Origin: an uncultured cyanobacterium
Lineage (GTDB): Bacteria > Cyanobacteriota > Cyanobacteriia > Cyanobacteriales > Cyanobacteriaceae
NCBI GenBank assembly: GCA_963710605.1
Contig: CAVQBA010000007.1
Location: forward strand, 384,001-448,000
Direction of reading: 5' to 3'
DNA length: 64,000 nucleotides
In this document: in pieces, positions 32,662-43,300 of the stretch
Layout: each line of letters begins with the position of its first letter
Numbering within the stretch: position 1 is the first letter of the stretch
Program-made: the position numbers and the translations under genes
The notes under the pieces: generated by a model
The model's input: only the letters and a program-made list of their open reading frames with translations
What the model was told of the DNA's origin: nothing
The model's database searches: none

Positions 32662-32854
32662 CGGGATAAATAATAAACTTCGTAGTGTAATCTGTGATGA
32701 TTATTTTATTTATTAAGTTTCCCCTTTTCCCTCTATTTAGTTATACACTATTTTGGCATTTATGCAAATATTATTTATATTAGTTAACAATTCATAATCT
32801 AACTTTAAATATAGCGTTATAGTCAGTTAAGAGTTAAGAATTAAGAAACACGAA

Positions 32855-32931
32855 ATTCCCTATTCCCTATTCCCTATTCCCTATTCCCTATTCCCTATTC
32901 CCTATTCCCTATTCCCTATTCCCTATTCCCT
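32855..32931. repeat. heptamer tandem repeat (ATTCCCT)x11
   Basis: Eleven perfect units counted. Confidence 0.95.
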
Positions 32932-32938
32932 ATTAATC

Positions 32939-32969
32939 AAAACTCCCTTCCCCAAAGCGAGGAAAGGAA
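32939..32969 (-). terminator. intrinsic terminator of psaL
   Basis: Minus strand TTCCTTTCCTC-GCTTT-GGGGAAGGGAG followed by TTTT. Confidence 0.6.
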
Positions 32970-33023
32970 TAACTAATTGTAATTAAAATAAAGTTTGTTA
33001 ACTATTTAATTGATTAGTAGTAG

Positions 33024-33512
33024 TTAGGAAGCCCCAGTCTTACTGAGAATATCCATTAAAGGTACTACGTAGGGGGTTTGACAGAGGAAATACGCAAAGA
33101 ACGCACCACCACAACCTCCTAAAAGGAAGCCACTTGCAAACTCACTCCAACCTTCACGGCTTCCTAAATCCTCTGGCACAACAGGTGTAGTTAAAGTTGC
33201 AGTAGGTTTTTCTACCGTAACAGTGCCATAAATAGATAAACAAATAGTGAGGATAGCAACTAAACCAATTGTTGCTAAAAGTCCCGCAGTAGGACCAAAT
33301 TCAGTGTAACGAATAGGACCTAAAAGAGCAAAAGGGCCGTATAAAAAGTACCCATGTGCCATACCAATTTCTAAGCCACGACGATTAGCAGATAATCCTT
33401 TACGATATGCTGGTAAAGCGTTGATATAAGCTTTGGTAAAACCAGAACCGTTTACAGGAGTGGAAAGATTTCCAACTTGAGGATCGCCACCAGAATGTAC
33501 AAATTCAGCCAT
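33024..33512 (-). CDS. psaL: photosystem I subunit XI PsaL
   Basis: DPQVGNLSTPVN, LPAYRKGLS..RRGLEIGMAHGYFL.GPF..LGP.R, GWSEFASGFLLGG; ATG at 33512 preferred. Confidence 0.96.
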   Translation of the reverse strand: MAEFVHSGGDPQVGNLSTPVNGSGFTKAYINALPAYRKGLSANRRGLEIGMAHGYFLYGPFALLGPIRYTEFGPTAGLLATIGLVAILTICLSIYGTVTVEKPTATLTTPVVPEDLGSREGWSEFASGFLLGGCGGAFFAYFLCQTPYVVPLMDILSKTGAS

Positions 33513-33700
33513 TGATTTTTCTTTATATCTCCTTAATATTGTTATCAAATAATTAAGTATTTGTAGGTTAATGTACCTCGATTCAGTATCTTTACCTTTT
33601 TTTTTGTTAAGAATCTTTATATTTCAATTTATTTCGTCAAACTTAGTTGTAATATCCAGTTTAGGTTAACTTTATTGTTTAGTATAGGAACATAACAAAC

Positions 33701-33826
33701 ATGATTGGAGAATACGCAGCTTCTTTTTTACCGGCCTCTTTAGTTCCCGCTGTTGGTTTATTAATGCCAGCGATCGCAATGGGACTTTTCTTTTTGTATA
33801 TTGAAAGTAACGCTACTGACGCTTAA
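33701..33826 (+). CDS. psaI: photosystem I subunit VIII PsaI (not in ORF track)
   Basis: [41 protein letters not shown]; divergent from psaL. Confidence 0.95.
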   Translation: MIGEYAASFLPASLVPAVGLLMPAIAMGLFFLYIESNATDA

Positions 33827-34015
33827 GTTTTTTTGAATTACTTGTTCGTCTTTATCGTCAGGGACTTAGTATTACTATGTCCCTACATTTTGAAATAACG
33901 ATCGTATTTGTTCTCAATTAACATTGATTAATTATTATTGATCTTGGCTAGAAAATAAGAGAAAGATGATACAACCGCAAAGGGGTTAACTTCAATCTTG
34001 CTAACCAGAAAAGAG

Positions 34016-34549
34016 TTAGGAATTTTGTTTAGAGGTATTAAGTAAAAAAGCAGTATTTTTGATTACTTCGGCAATACCTTGAAGAATTAATAAAATAGGG
34101 CTGATAATAATCATCGTTTTAATCGGGTAACGAGGTAAACCACCATCATCGCCAGATATTTCTCGAATACTCCATGAATTCATGACATATTGCCAAGAAA
34201 AATAGATGATGATTCCACAAAAAGGAATTAAAAAGAAAACGACTCCCAAAATATTAACTATGGCTTTTAGGCGTGGGGAAAAGTCTTTATAAAATACATC
34301 AACTCGTACATGATTATCTGTTTGTAATGTATAAGCCGCACCTAAAAAGAAAATCAAATCAAAGATGTACCATTGTAATTCTAGTAAGCTATTTGAAGTC
34401 AAATTTTCGCCGACTATTTTACCGACATATCTACCTATTACATTCCAAACACCTAAACTAATCATCAAAAGTACCAAACCATAAGTTAGTTTGCCACACC
34501 ATTGACTTATTCGATCGATTATGTTAGCTATCTTCAGAGCTATATTCAT
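34016..34549 (-). CDS. TRAP transporter small permease subunit (DctQ-like)
   Basis: Four TM helices, ELQWY, GAAYTL..DNHVRVDVFY, GGLPRYPIK. Confidence 0.9.
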   Translation of the reverse strand: MNIALKIANIIDRISQWCGKLTYGLVLLMISLGVWNVIGRYVGKIVGENLTSNSLLELQWYIFDLIFFLGAAYTLQTDNHVRVDVFYKDFSPRLKAIVNILGVVFFLIPFCGIIIYFSWQYVMNSWSIREISGDDGGLPRYPIKTMIIISPILLILQGIAEVIKNTAFLLNTSKQNS

Positions 34550-34763
34550 GATTAAAAAAACAAATAACGAAAAATAATTATATAGTGACTCTAGAGTAAT
34601 CTCACTATAATAGGTTATTCTTTTGAAAGACTAAAGTCCTTACTACAACTATTTATTTTTCATCAATTAATCGATAATTAAAAATGAATAGTCAAAAATA
34701 ACTTAATCTTTTACTATTAGTGTATTAGTTCTTTCACAATTCACATAAATTTATTAGAGATAA

Positions 34764-35309
34764 ATGGAAATTATTACGACTAAAATACCTGATGTTTTAA
34801 TTATTGAACCGAAAGTATTTGCTGATGAGAGAGGGTTTTTTTTTGAAAGTTTTAATAGTCAAAATTTTAGCGACAAAACAGGTGTTAATGTAGATTTTGT
34901 TCAAGATAATCATTCTCGATCGCAAAAAGATGTTTTAAGAGGATTACATTATCAAATTAAACAAGCACAAGGTAAATTAGTTCGAGCGGTAGTCGGAGAA
35001 ATACTTGATGTAGCGGTTGATATTCGTAAATCATCGCCTACTTTTGGTGAATGGGTAGGAGTAGTTTTAAGTGCGGAAAACAAAAAGCAATTATGGATAC
35101 CCGCAGGTTTTGCTCATGGTTTTTTAGTTTTATCAGAAAATGCCGAGGTATTGTATAAAGCAACTGACTTTTATGCCCCTCAATACGATCGATCTATTCT
35201 CTGGAAAGATCCCGATATTAATATTAATTGGAACTTAACTTCTTCTCCTACAATTTCAACTAAAGATGAAAAAGGAGCTTTACTCAAAGATGCTGAAGTT
35301 TTTAGTTAA
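34764..35309 (+). CDS. rfbC: dTDP-4-dehydrorhamnose 3,5-epimerase
   Basis: DERGFFFESF, VQDNHSRS, LRGLHYQ, VAVDIR, GFAHGF. Confidence 0.97.
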   Translation: MEIITTKIPDVLIIEPKVFADERGFFFESFNSQNFSDKTGVNVDFVQDNHSRSQKDVLRGLHYQIKQAQGKLVRAVVGEILDVAVDIRKSSPTFGEWVGVVLSAENKKQLWIPAGFAHGFLVLSENAEVLYKATDFYAPQYDRSILWKDPDININWNLTSSPTISTKDEKGALLKDAEVFS

Positions 35310-35345
35310 AACGCTTTTTTTATTACTTTTAAAAACATTTGAATT

Positions 35346-36236
35346 ATGACTAAAATTTTGCTTTTTGGTAGTCAAGGACAAGTTGGTAGCGAACTTGCTA
35401 ATATCTTACCCGAACAAGGAGAATTAATTAAAATCAATCGATCTTTAGTTGACTTAACTAACCCAGAACAAATTCGTAATTGTATCCAAGAAAATAAACC
35501 CAATATCATTGTTAATTCCGCCGCTTATACAGCAGTTGATAAAGCAGAATCAGAAATTCAACCCGCTCAACAAATTAACGCTGTTGCCCCCCAAATAATG
35601 GCACAAGAAAGCCAAAAAATTAAGGCTAAACTAATCCATATCTCCACCGATTATGTTTTTGATGGCAAAAGTAATCTACCTTATCTAGAAACATCGACAA
35701 CAAATCCAATCGGCATTTACGGTAAAAGTAAATTGGCAGGAGAAGAAAAAATCAAGGAAAATACCGACAACTATATTATTCTACGTACCGCTTGGGTATA
35801 TGGTACTTATGGTAAAGGAAATTTTGTCAAAACCATGTTGCGTGTCGGTGAAAAAAATCCCCAATTGAAAGTAGTTATTGATCAAATTGGTACTCCTACT
35901 TATGCTTATGATATAGCTGAGGCGATTAGTCGGTTAATTAAGCAATACCAAGGGCAAAAACAGCAAACAGACATCTATCATTTTACTAACAATGGTGTTT
36001 GTAGCTGGTACGATTTTGCCGTTAATATTTTTAAACAAGCGGATAAATTAGGTTTTCCTTTAGCCGTAAAAGAAGTTTTACCGATTAATACTAGTGAATA
36101 TCCTACCCCCGCCCAACGCCCTGCTTATTCAGTATTAAGTAATCGTAAAATTAGTCAAGATTTGGATTATCTACCTGAGTATTGGCAAGATTCTTTGACT
36201 ATAATGTTGAAAACCTTACTGACTTCAAACTCTTAA
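35346..36236 (+). CDS. rfbD: dTDP-4-dehydrorhamnose reductase
   Basis: GSQGQVG, AAYTAVDKAE, STDYVFDG, YGKSKLAGE, DQIGTPT. Confidence 0.97.
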   Translation: MTKILLFGSQGQVGSELANILPEQGELIKINRSLVDLTNPEQIRNCIQENKPNIIVNSAAYTAVDKAESEIQPAQQINAVAPQIMAQESQKIKAKLIHISTDYVFDGKSNLPYLETSTTNPIGIYGKSKLAGEEKIKENTDNYIILRTAWVYGTYGKGNFVKTMLRVGEKNPQLKVVIDQIGTPTYAYDIAEAISRLIKQYQGQKQQTDIYHFTNNGVCSWYDFAVNIFKQADKLGFPLAVKEVLPINTSEYPTPAQRPAYSVLSNRKISQDLDYLPEYWQDSLTIMLKTLLTSNS

Positions 36237-36264
36237 CCTTTAACTTTTAACTCTTAACTAAACC

Positions 36265-37338
36265 ATGAAAGCATTAATTTTATCAGGTGGAAAAGGCACT
36301 CGTTTACGCCCTCTTACTTACACAGGGGCAAAACAACTTGTACCAGTGGCGAATAAGCCGATTCTTTGGTACGGTATAGAAGCGATCGTTTCGGCTGGAA
36401 TTACCGAAATAGGCATCATTATCAGCCCTGAAACAGGTACAGAAATTGAAGAAAAAACAGGTGATGGTAGTCGTTTTGGTGCAAAAATTACTTATATTCG
36501 TCAAGATAGCCCTGATGGTTTAGCCCATGCCGTCAAAATCGCTCAACCGTTTTTAGGTGATTCTCCTTTTGTGATGTATTTAGGAGATAATCTAATTGCT
36601 GATAGTTTGCAAGAGTATTTAACTAATTTTAAAGAAAATAATTTGGATGCTTTAATCTTACTGAGAAAAGTATCTAACCCTACAGCTTTTGGAGTAGCCA
36701 AAATCAACGAAAAAGGACAAGTATTAGAGTTAGTAGAAAAACCGAAAAACCCTCCTTCAAATTTAGCTTTAGTTGGTATCTATTTCTTTTCCCCGACAAT
36801 CCATGAGGCGATCGCTACTTTAAAACCATCACCACGAGGAGAATTAGAAATTACCGATGCGATTCAAGCTTTATTAGAACAGAAAAAACCAATCTCAGCT
36901 TGTCAACTCAAAGATTGGTGGTTAGATACAGGAAAAAAAGACGATCTTCTAGAAGCAAATCGGATTATTTTAGATACTAATTTATTAACTCAAAATGACG
37001 GTTATATCGATGAAAATACCAAGGTTATCGGTAGAGTAAAAATTGGTAAAAATACTCGGATAATCAACTCTACCATAAGAGGTCCTGTTGTTATCGGCGA
37101 GAATTGCTATCTCGAAAATTGCTTTATTGGTCCTTATTCTAGTATTGCGGATAATGTCAAACTATCTGAAGCTGACTTGGAACACAGCGTAATTCTAGAT
37201 TCGGCTGAAGTAGTTGGTATCGAGCAAAGAATAGTTGATAGTGTTATCGGGCAAAGAGCAAAACTAAATCTAGCCCCCAAACGTCCTAAAGCTCTTAGTT
37301 TTATGATTGGTGACGATTCTCAAATTCAACTTACTTAA
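36265..37338 (+). CDS. rfbA: glucose-1-phosphate thymidylyltransferase, long form
   Basis: LSGGKGTRLRPLT, KQLVPVANKP, YLGDN, EKP, RGELEITD, WLDTG, C-terminal hexapeptide-like repeats. Confidence 0.95.
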   Translation: MKALILSGGKGTRLRPLTYTGAKQLVPVANKPILWYGIEAIVSAGITEIGIIISPETGTEIEEKTGDGSRFGAKITYIRQDSPDGLAHAVKIAQPFLGDSPFVMYLGDNLIADSLQEYLTNFKENNLDALILLRKVSNPTAFGVAKINEKGQVLELVEKPKNPPSNLALVGIYFFSPTIHEAIATLKPSPRGELEITDAIQALLEQKKPISACQLKDWWLDTGKKDDLLEANRIILDTNLLTQNDGYIDENTKVIGRVKIGKNTRIINSTIRGPVVIGENCYLENCFIGPYSSIADNVKLSEADLEHSVILDSAEVVGIEQRIVDSVIGQRAKLNLAPKRPKALSFMIGDDSQIQLT

Positions 37339-37431
37339 AGAAAATAGTACGATCTCGTAGGTTGGGTTAAGCCGTGAAAGTATTAAAATAGATCACGATA
37401 CATCACATAAAAGCGAAACCCAACATAAATG

Positions 37432-37594
37432 TATAGTTGTTTCAATTGAGATTAATACAGCAAGAACAATACTGAAACTAAAGTATTAAACCCGCCTTGA
37501 ACTGTCGTGCAAGGCTAATATCCTGTTCGTTTAATAAATTAAACTTAAATTTAGATACAGCACTCGTGTCTTATTTTTATTTGAAACAACTATA
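37432..37594. mobile_element. 163-bp MITE-like element
   Basis: Perfect 14-bp terminal inverted repeat TATAGTTGTTTCAA / TTGAAACAACTATA; carries a REP-like palindrome at 37491-37517. Confidence 0.7.
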
Positions 37595-37718
37595 TTAAAG
37601 ACATAATTCGATCGATGAATTACGGCACTCGTTATCAGTGAATTTGTTGCCCCTTATAATGGATAGTTGCCTAGACACACTACTACAGGCTATTTATTGT
37701 CAATTGTCAATTATCAAC

Positions 37719-38423
37719 TTATACAAATCTTTGTACCATCTCGGTGGCTAACTCAGTTGTTTCTACAGCTAAATTAAATAATTCTCTACCAGCATATAAA
37801 TAAGATTCTTCGTAAGTCATGGTAAATCTTTCTAATTCTTCAATGCCATCATTAATGTGATTCAATCCGTAGTAAATATAAGCGGCGATACCAGCATATA
37901 AACTAGGATTAGGTTGCGATCGTAACGTATTTTCAGCTTGAAGACAAATTCGCCGAGATTCTTCTAAATACTCCACAAAAACCCCCATTAATTCATCATC
38001 AAATAAATCACCTGATAACTCTTCTATTTCGTCTTCTAAAGGATTAATAATTTGTTCTATCATATGATAAATAGGAGCATAAACTTCGCTGAGCCATTGA
38101 GATTGCGAAGTCTCTTGTGATTGATATTTTTCTTTGGTTTGACGATAATGATTTTCTGCCCAGCTATTTTTAGCTTGACGAGATTGCACTTGTGTGCTGT
38201 AGTAATTATCTTGATCGTCTAAAGCTTGAGAGCGATCGTATTTACTTCGATTTTGCGGATCACTTAATATTTTGTAAGCAGTATTAAGTTGAACGATCGT
38301 TTCATGATTAGCGTTTTGATGTTGACTATCAGGATGAAATTCTTTGGCTAAACGTCGATAGGCTTGTTTGATTTGTTGAGTAGAAGCCGTTACTTCTACT
38401 TGTAAAAGTTGATAATAATTCAT
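37719..38423 (-). CDS. J-domain protein (type III DnaJ)
   Basis: NYYQLL...IKQAYRRLAKEFHPD...LNTAYKILSD; no zinc-finger or G/F region. Confidence 0.9.
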   Translation of the reverse strand: MNYYQLLQVEVTASTQQIKQAYRRLAKEFHPDSQHQNANHETIVQLNTAYKILSDPQNRSKYDRSQALDDQDNYYSTQVQSRQAKNSWAENHYRQTKEKYQSQETSQSQWLSEVYAPIYHMIEQIINPLEDEIEELSGDLFDDELMGVFVEYLEESRRICLQAENTLRSQPNPSLYAGIAAYIYYGLNHINDGIEELERFTMTYEESYLYAGRELFNLAVETTELATEMVQRFV

Positions 38424-38432
38424 GATCAGAAA

Positions 38433-39374
38433 TTATTCTAGCAAATCTTTAAACAAAGGCGTACTCAAATATCGCTCACCAAAACTAGGTTGTATCATCA
38501 CAATCAATTTATCTTTATTCTCTTCTCGTTGAGCAAGTTTAATCGCTCCTGCTAAAGCCGCCCCTGTAGAAATTCCTGATAAGATACCTTCTTCTCTAGC
38601 TAACCGTCTGCCGTAACTAATAGCTTCATCGTCGGTAACAGTTATAATCTCGTCGATTAATTCAACTTTCAAAACATCAGGAATAAAACCCGCCCCAATT
38701 CCTTGGATTTTATGCCCACCTGGTTTACCACCTGATAAAACAGAACTATTTGTCGGCTCGATCGCTATTACCTTAAAATCAACATTTTTTTCTTTGAGTA
38801 ATTCAGCCACCCCTGTGATCGTACCACCAGTACCCACACCTGCGACCAAAAAATCAATCTTACCATCAGTATCTTCCCAAATTTCGGCGGCAGTAGTTTG
38901 ACGATGAATAGCAGGATTAGCCTTATTTTGAAACTGCTGTAACATATAAGCATTAGGTAAAGTATCCACAATATCCTGAGCCCGTTGGATACAACCAGAC
39001 ATACCTTCAATTCCCGGTGTCAATTCAAGTTTTGCCCCAAAAGCCCTTAACATCGCCCTTCTTTCTTCGCTCATAGTTTCAGGCATTGTCAAGATTAAAG
39101 TATAACCTTTAGCCGCCGCCGCCATCGCTAAGGCGATACCTGTATTACCAGAAGTTGGTTCGACTAAAACTGTTTTTCCTGGTTTGATTAATCCCTCTTT
39201 TTCGGCAGTATTAATCATATTAACGCCGATTCTGTCTTTAACTGAGGCAGAAGGATTCATCCCTTCTAACTTCACCACAATCTGTGCAACACAACCTTCT
39301 TTTTTAGGGATACGATTTAATTTTACTAAAGGAGTTTTACCGACTAATTCAGTAATATTATTAGCAATCTTCAT
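38433..39374 (-). CDS. cysK: cysteine synthase A
   Basis: [44 protein letters not shown]. Confidence 0.97.
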   Translation of the reverse strand: MKIANNITELVGKTPLVKLNRIPKKEGCVAQIVVKLEGMNPSASVKDRIGVNMINTAEKEGLIKPGKTVLVEPTSGNTGIALAMAAAAKGYTLILTMPETMSEERRAMLRAFGAKLELTPGIEGMSGCIQRAQDIVDTLPNAYMLQQFQNKANPAIHRQTTAAEIWEDTDGKIDFLVAGVGTGGTITGVAELLKEKNVDFKVIAIEPTNSSVLSGGKPGGHKIQGIGAGFIPDVLKVELIDEIITVTDDEAISYGRRLAREEGILSGISTGAALAGAIKLAQREENKDKLIVMIQPSFGERYLSTPLFKDLLE

Positions 39375-39535
39375 TATGATGATAATTATTTAAGCGATTA
39401 TCTTTTATTTTAACTATTCTCCGAGCAAGAAGTTAAGAGTTAAGATTTATGAATTACAGAAGGATAAGAAATAGGAATTTAATATTCGGAAGGATTAAGA
39501 ATGAAAAATAATTGTCAATTGTCAATTGTCAATTG

Positions 39536-39775
39536 TCAATTACCCCGTATTTGTTCCATTTGATTAGTTTTTTCAGTTAAACCATATTTATTCATCAGTT
39601 GGACGATTACAACTGAACTTATAATCCCGATCACTAAACCAATACTTAATAGAATAGTAAATAATTTACGTAGGCTTTTAGTAGTTTGTGGTGATGGTTG
39701 TTCGTTTGTGTCAAAACGATCGTTATTATTAAGGTTATCAGATTGATTTTGAGGATCGAAAAAAGGATTATTCAT
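39536..39775 (-). CDS. small single-TM hypothetical protein
   Basis: 79 aa: acidic N-terminus, one hydrophobic helix, then KYGLT. Confidence 0.75.
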   Translation of the reverse strand: MNNPFFDPQNQSDNLNNNDRFDTNEQPSPQTTKSLRKLFTILLSIGLVIGIISSVVIVQLMNKYGLTEKTNQMEQIRGN

Positions 39776-40088
39776 TTATTTACTATCAATGGTTTTTTCT
39801 TATTGTAATGATTAAAGAGAAAGGGTCGATGTGAGTTTATAATTCTTCTAATGTCAGTATCAGGATTTAACAGGATTAATGGATTTACAGGATTGTTTTT
39901 GGATTAGGTTAGTCGATTGGTATCGCTCATTTTAATGAGCGATTATTATATTCGCAATCAATAATTTGACAAAGGATTTTTTAACTTATTAATTCTTGCG
40001 TAATAGGCATTAGAAAACGATCGTTATTATTAAGGTTATCAGATTGATTTTGAGGATCGAAAAAAGGATTATTCATTTATTTACTATC
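39713..40088. repeat. exact 75-bp direct duplication (39713-39787 and 40014-40088)
   Basis: Identical on read-through; covers the first 21 codons and leader of the 79-aa gene. Confidence 0.9.
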
Positions 40089-40306
40089 GATGGCTTTTAT
40101 TGATTATTAATGACTTTCTATCATTGTAATGATTAAAATTAGCAAAACAGGTCGAATTAATTTTTTTTATTTTGCTCAAAGTAATTAACCGCTGTAAATG
40201 ACTAGTGTCTGCTAAACAAATATTCTTGTAAGTTCATCAATTCATCAAAAATATTAAAAACAATGTTTATAATAGTAAATGTGTATTAAAATAATAATTG
40301 ATCGTG

Positions 40307-43300
40307 ATGGAAAATTACAATTGGAAAAGATTTTGGTCTTTAAATGGGGAGAATTTACAATTAGACTATGGTGGCTTTTTACCAAATCCTGAAAATAAGA
40401 ATGAACAAGATTATTACTATAATCCTAATCTTGTTAGTTTAAATGACATATCGCACATACCCTGTTTGATTTTGTTCGGGGAAGCTGGTATGGGTAAAAG
40501 TACCACAATGAAGGCAGAATATGAAAAAACCGAGCTTGAAATCGAAGAATTAGAAGATGTTTGTTTGTGGTTTGATCTTCGTTATAGTGCTAACAATAGC
40601 TCATCCAAATTTGTTTTTAATCACCCTACCTTTAAGACTTGGGAAAAAGGAACTCATAAGTTATACCTATTCTTGGATAGTCTTGATGAAGGATTATTAG
40701 CTTTTAATACTCTAAATTGTATTCTTGAACAAGAAATTGATAAAAGTTTATGTAATCGTCTTTATTTGAGAATTACTTGTCGAACTGCGGATTGGAAAAA
40801 TAGTTTGACAGAAGCATTTGAAAGAAAATGGGGTAACGATAACGTTAAAACCTATAATTTATGTCCTTTACGCCGAAAAGATGTCGAAGAAGCATTGAAA
40901 CATGAAAAAATAGATGACACACAAGCATTTTTTAAGGAACTTTTTAATAAAGAAATTACTACATTCGCCACACAACCAATTACTCTTAAGTTCTTAATAG
41001 ATATTTACCAAAAAAATCAACAATTTCCTGATTCAAAAACAGGTTTATATTACACAGGATGTTTAGAACTATGTAAAGAAAAAAATATCGATCGTCTTGA
41101 TTGCGGTTTTAAAGGTAAATTGAGTGACCAACAACGCTTAATTGTAGCTGGAAGAATTGCTATGATGATTATTTTTGCGAATAAAGTTGCTATTTGGAAA
41201 CATTATGATTCTACTCTAAAACCAGATTCAGATATAACAATCGATCAGTTATGTGTCGGACAAGAAACCATTAATCAACAAGAATTTAATGTTACTAGAG
41301 AATGTATTGAGGAAGTTTTATCAATTTCAGGATTATTTTCTTCTAAAGGTGAAGATAGATTAGGTTTTGCTCACAAAACTTACGCTGAATTTTTGGCGGC
41401 ATGGTATTTGAATGAACATAAAATTTCTTTACCCCAAATAATGAATTTGATTATTGCCCCTGAAGATACAGAAGGAAAATTAATACCACAATTACATCAA
41501 ACTTGTGCTTGGCTTTCTAGTCTTAGAAAAGATGTATTAGAAAGAATAATAGAAAAAGATCCTGATGTGGTCTTAGATGGGGACATATCGGATAATAACG
41601 ATCTAAAAACAAAAATAGTCGATAAGTTATTAAAACTATACGACCAAGAAAAATTACACGATCCGTATTTTCCTAATTCTCCTTATTACCACAGACTTAA
41701 ACATTCTCAATTAGCAGAACAATTACGCTCTTATATCAAAGATAAAAACAAATCACTGAATTTCAGACAACAAGCCGTTAACATTGCTCGATACTGCAAT
41801 GTCATAGAATTACAAGGTGATTTAATTCAATTAACGCTAGATAATTCCGAACCTATCGATTTGAGAATTAATTCCTGTATTTGTATTTGTACTTCTGTAA
41901 TAGGCGATCGCCAAGCCAGAGCTAAATTAAAACCTTTAATCTTTGAAGATTTACCTGAAGACACAAGAGACAATCTCAAATGTTACGTTTTGGAAGCGTT
42001 ATGGACTAAAGAACATCCTGATTTGACTGCCCAAGAATTATTTTCGGCTTTAACTCCGCCAAAACAAAATTGTTTTATTGGTAGTTATCACACATTTATT
42101 AGCCACAAGTTAATTAAAAATCTTGAAACTAAAGATTTAATTTTTGCTCTTGATTGGGTAAAAAAACTAGGAGTTAGAAATTATCTTAAGCAAAGTATTA
42201 AAATTAGATATTATCTTGCTGATGAAATTTTGCTTAAAGCATGGAGAAATTTTGATAATCCAGAAACGATTAAACGTTTTGCTCAAATTACTTTGATTCA
42301 ATGGAATGATCATGAAGATTTAATTACAAATAACGAAAATAACAATCTATTAAAGCGAGAATTGCACGAAGATGAGAACAAACGCCATAAGTTAATTAAC
42401 CGATTTGTCTTAGAAGTCAATGAGTATCATGTTAGTCAATTACAGTATTTTTATCACATTTTATTGACAATTCCAAAATTATTAAAGAATAGAAAATTTT
42501 TGTTATTAAAATTTTGTTTTTATAACTTGATTCATAAACGTCCTCGTTATATCAATAATATTGGTCGTGAATTCGGTTATTTGTTTTATGGTAATAGCAA
42601 TAGAGATAAAGTTTCTCTCGAAAAAAATATTTTGTGGCTAATCAAAAAAATAAGAGAAACAGAAGATGACAGCATACAGGCGTCATATATAGATTTAGCA
42701 GTATATAATTTTTGTCCAATTTTGTATCAAAATGTAGAGCTAACAGACGCTCTTTGCTCTCTATATTATTTTTATAAAAAAGATAATGGTAATCCAAACT
42801 CTATTTTTATCGATAAATTTTCTAAATATATTGAACCTATCGATCTAAACTGCGAACAAGCAAAAAAACAAAAATCAAATTATGATGAAGTTCAAGAAAT
42901 AGAAGAGAACCGAGAATATAACGAACCCTTAGAATCTTTTTACTCAAGAACATTATCAATATGTTTAGACAAATTTGAATCAAGTCATCTTGACTGTTGG
43001 CATGAATTATGTACGCAAATAAATGTTTTTCCCAATAGTAAATATTATGACCATTATTTTAAATTAAACTTAATGGAATTACCTGGGTGGAAAAATTCTG
43101 ATCAATCTATTAAGCAAAGAATTATTGAATGTGCTAAAAAATATGTCTTAGAAAAACAAGATCTTAATTGTGATTGGATTGGTACAAATAAAGTTGATTT
43201 ATTACCAATCGCAGGGTGTAAAGCTCTTTATTTATTATTAAAGATAGAACCAGATTTTGTTAATCAACTAGCCCCTCATGTTTGGCAAAAATGGGCATCA

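Noticed and set aside
32855-32931. Possible CRISPR array or iterons
   Set aside because: Perfect 7-bp tandem units with no spacers; no cas or rep gene in the window
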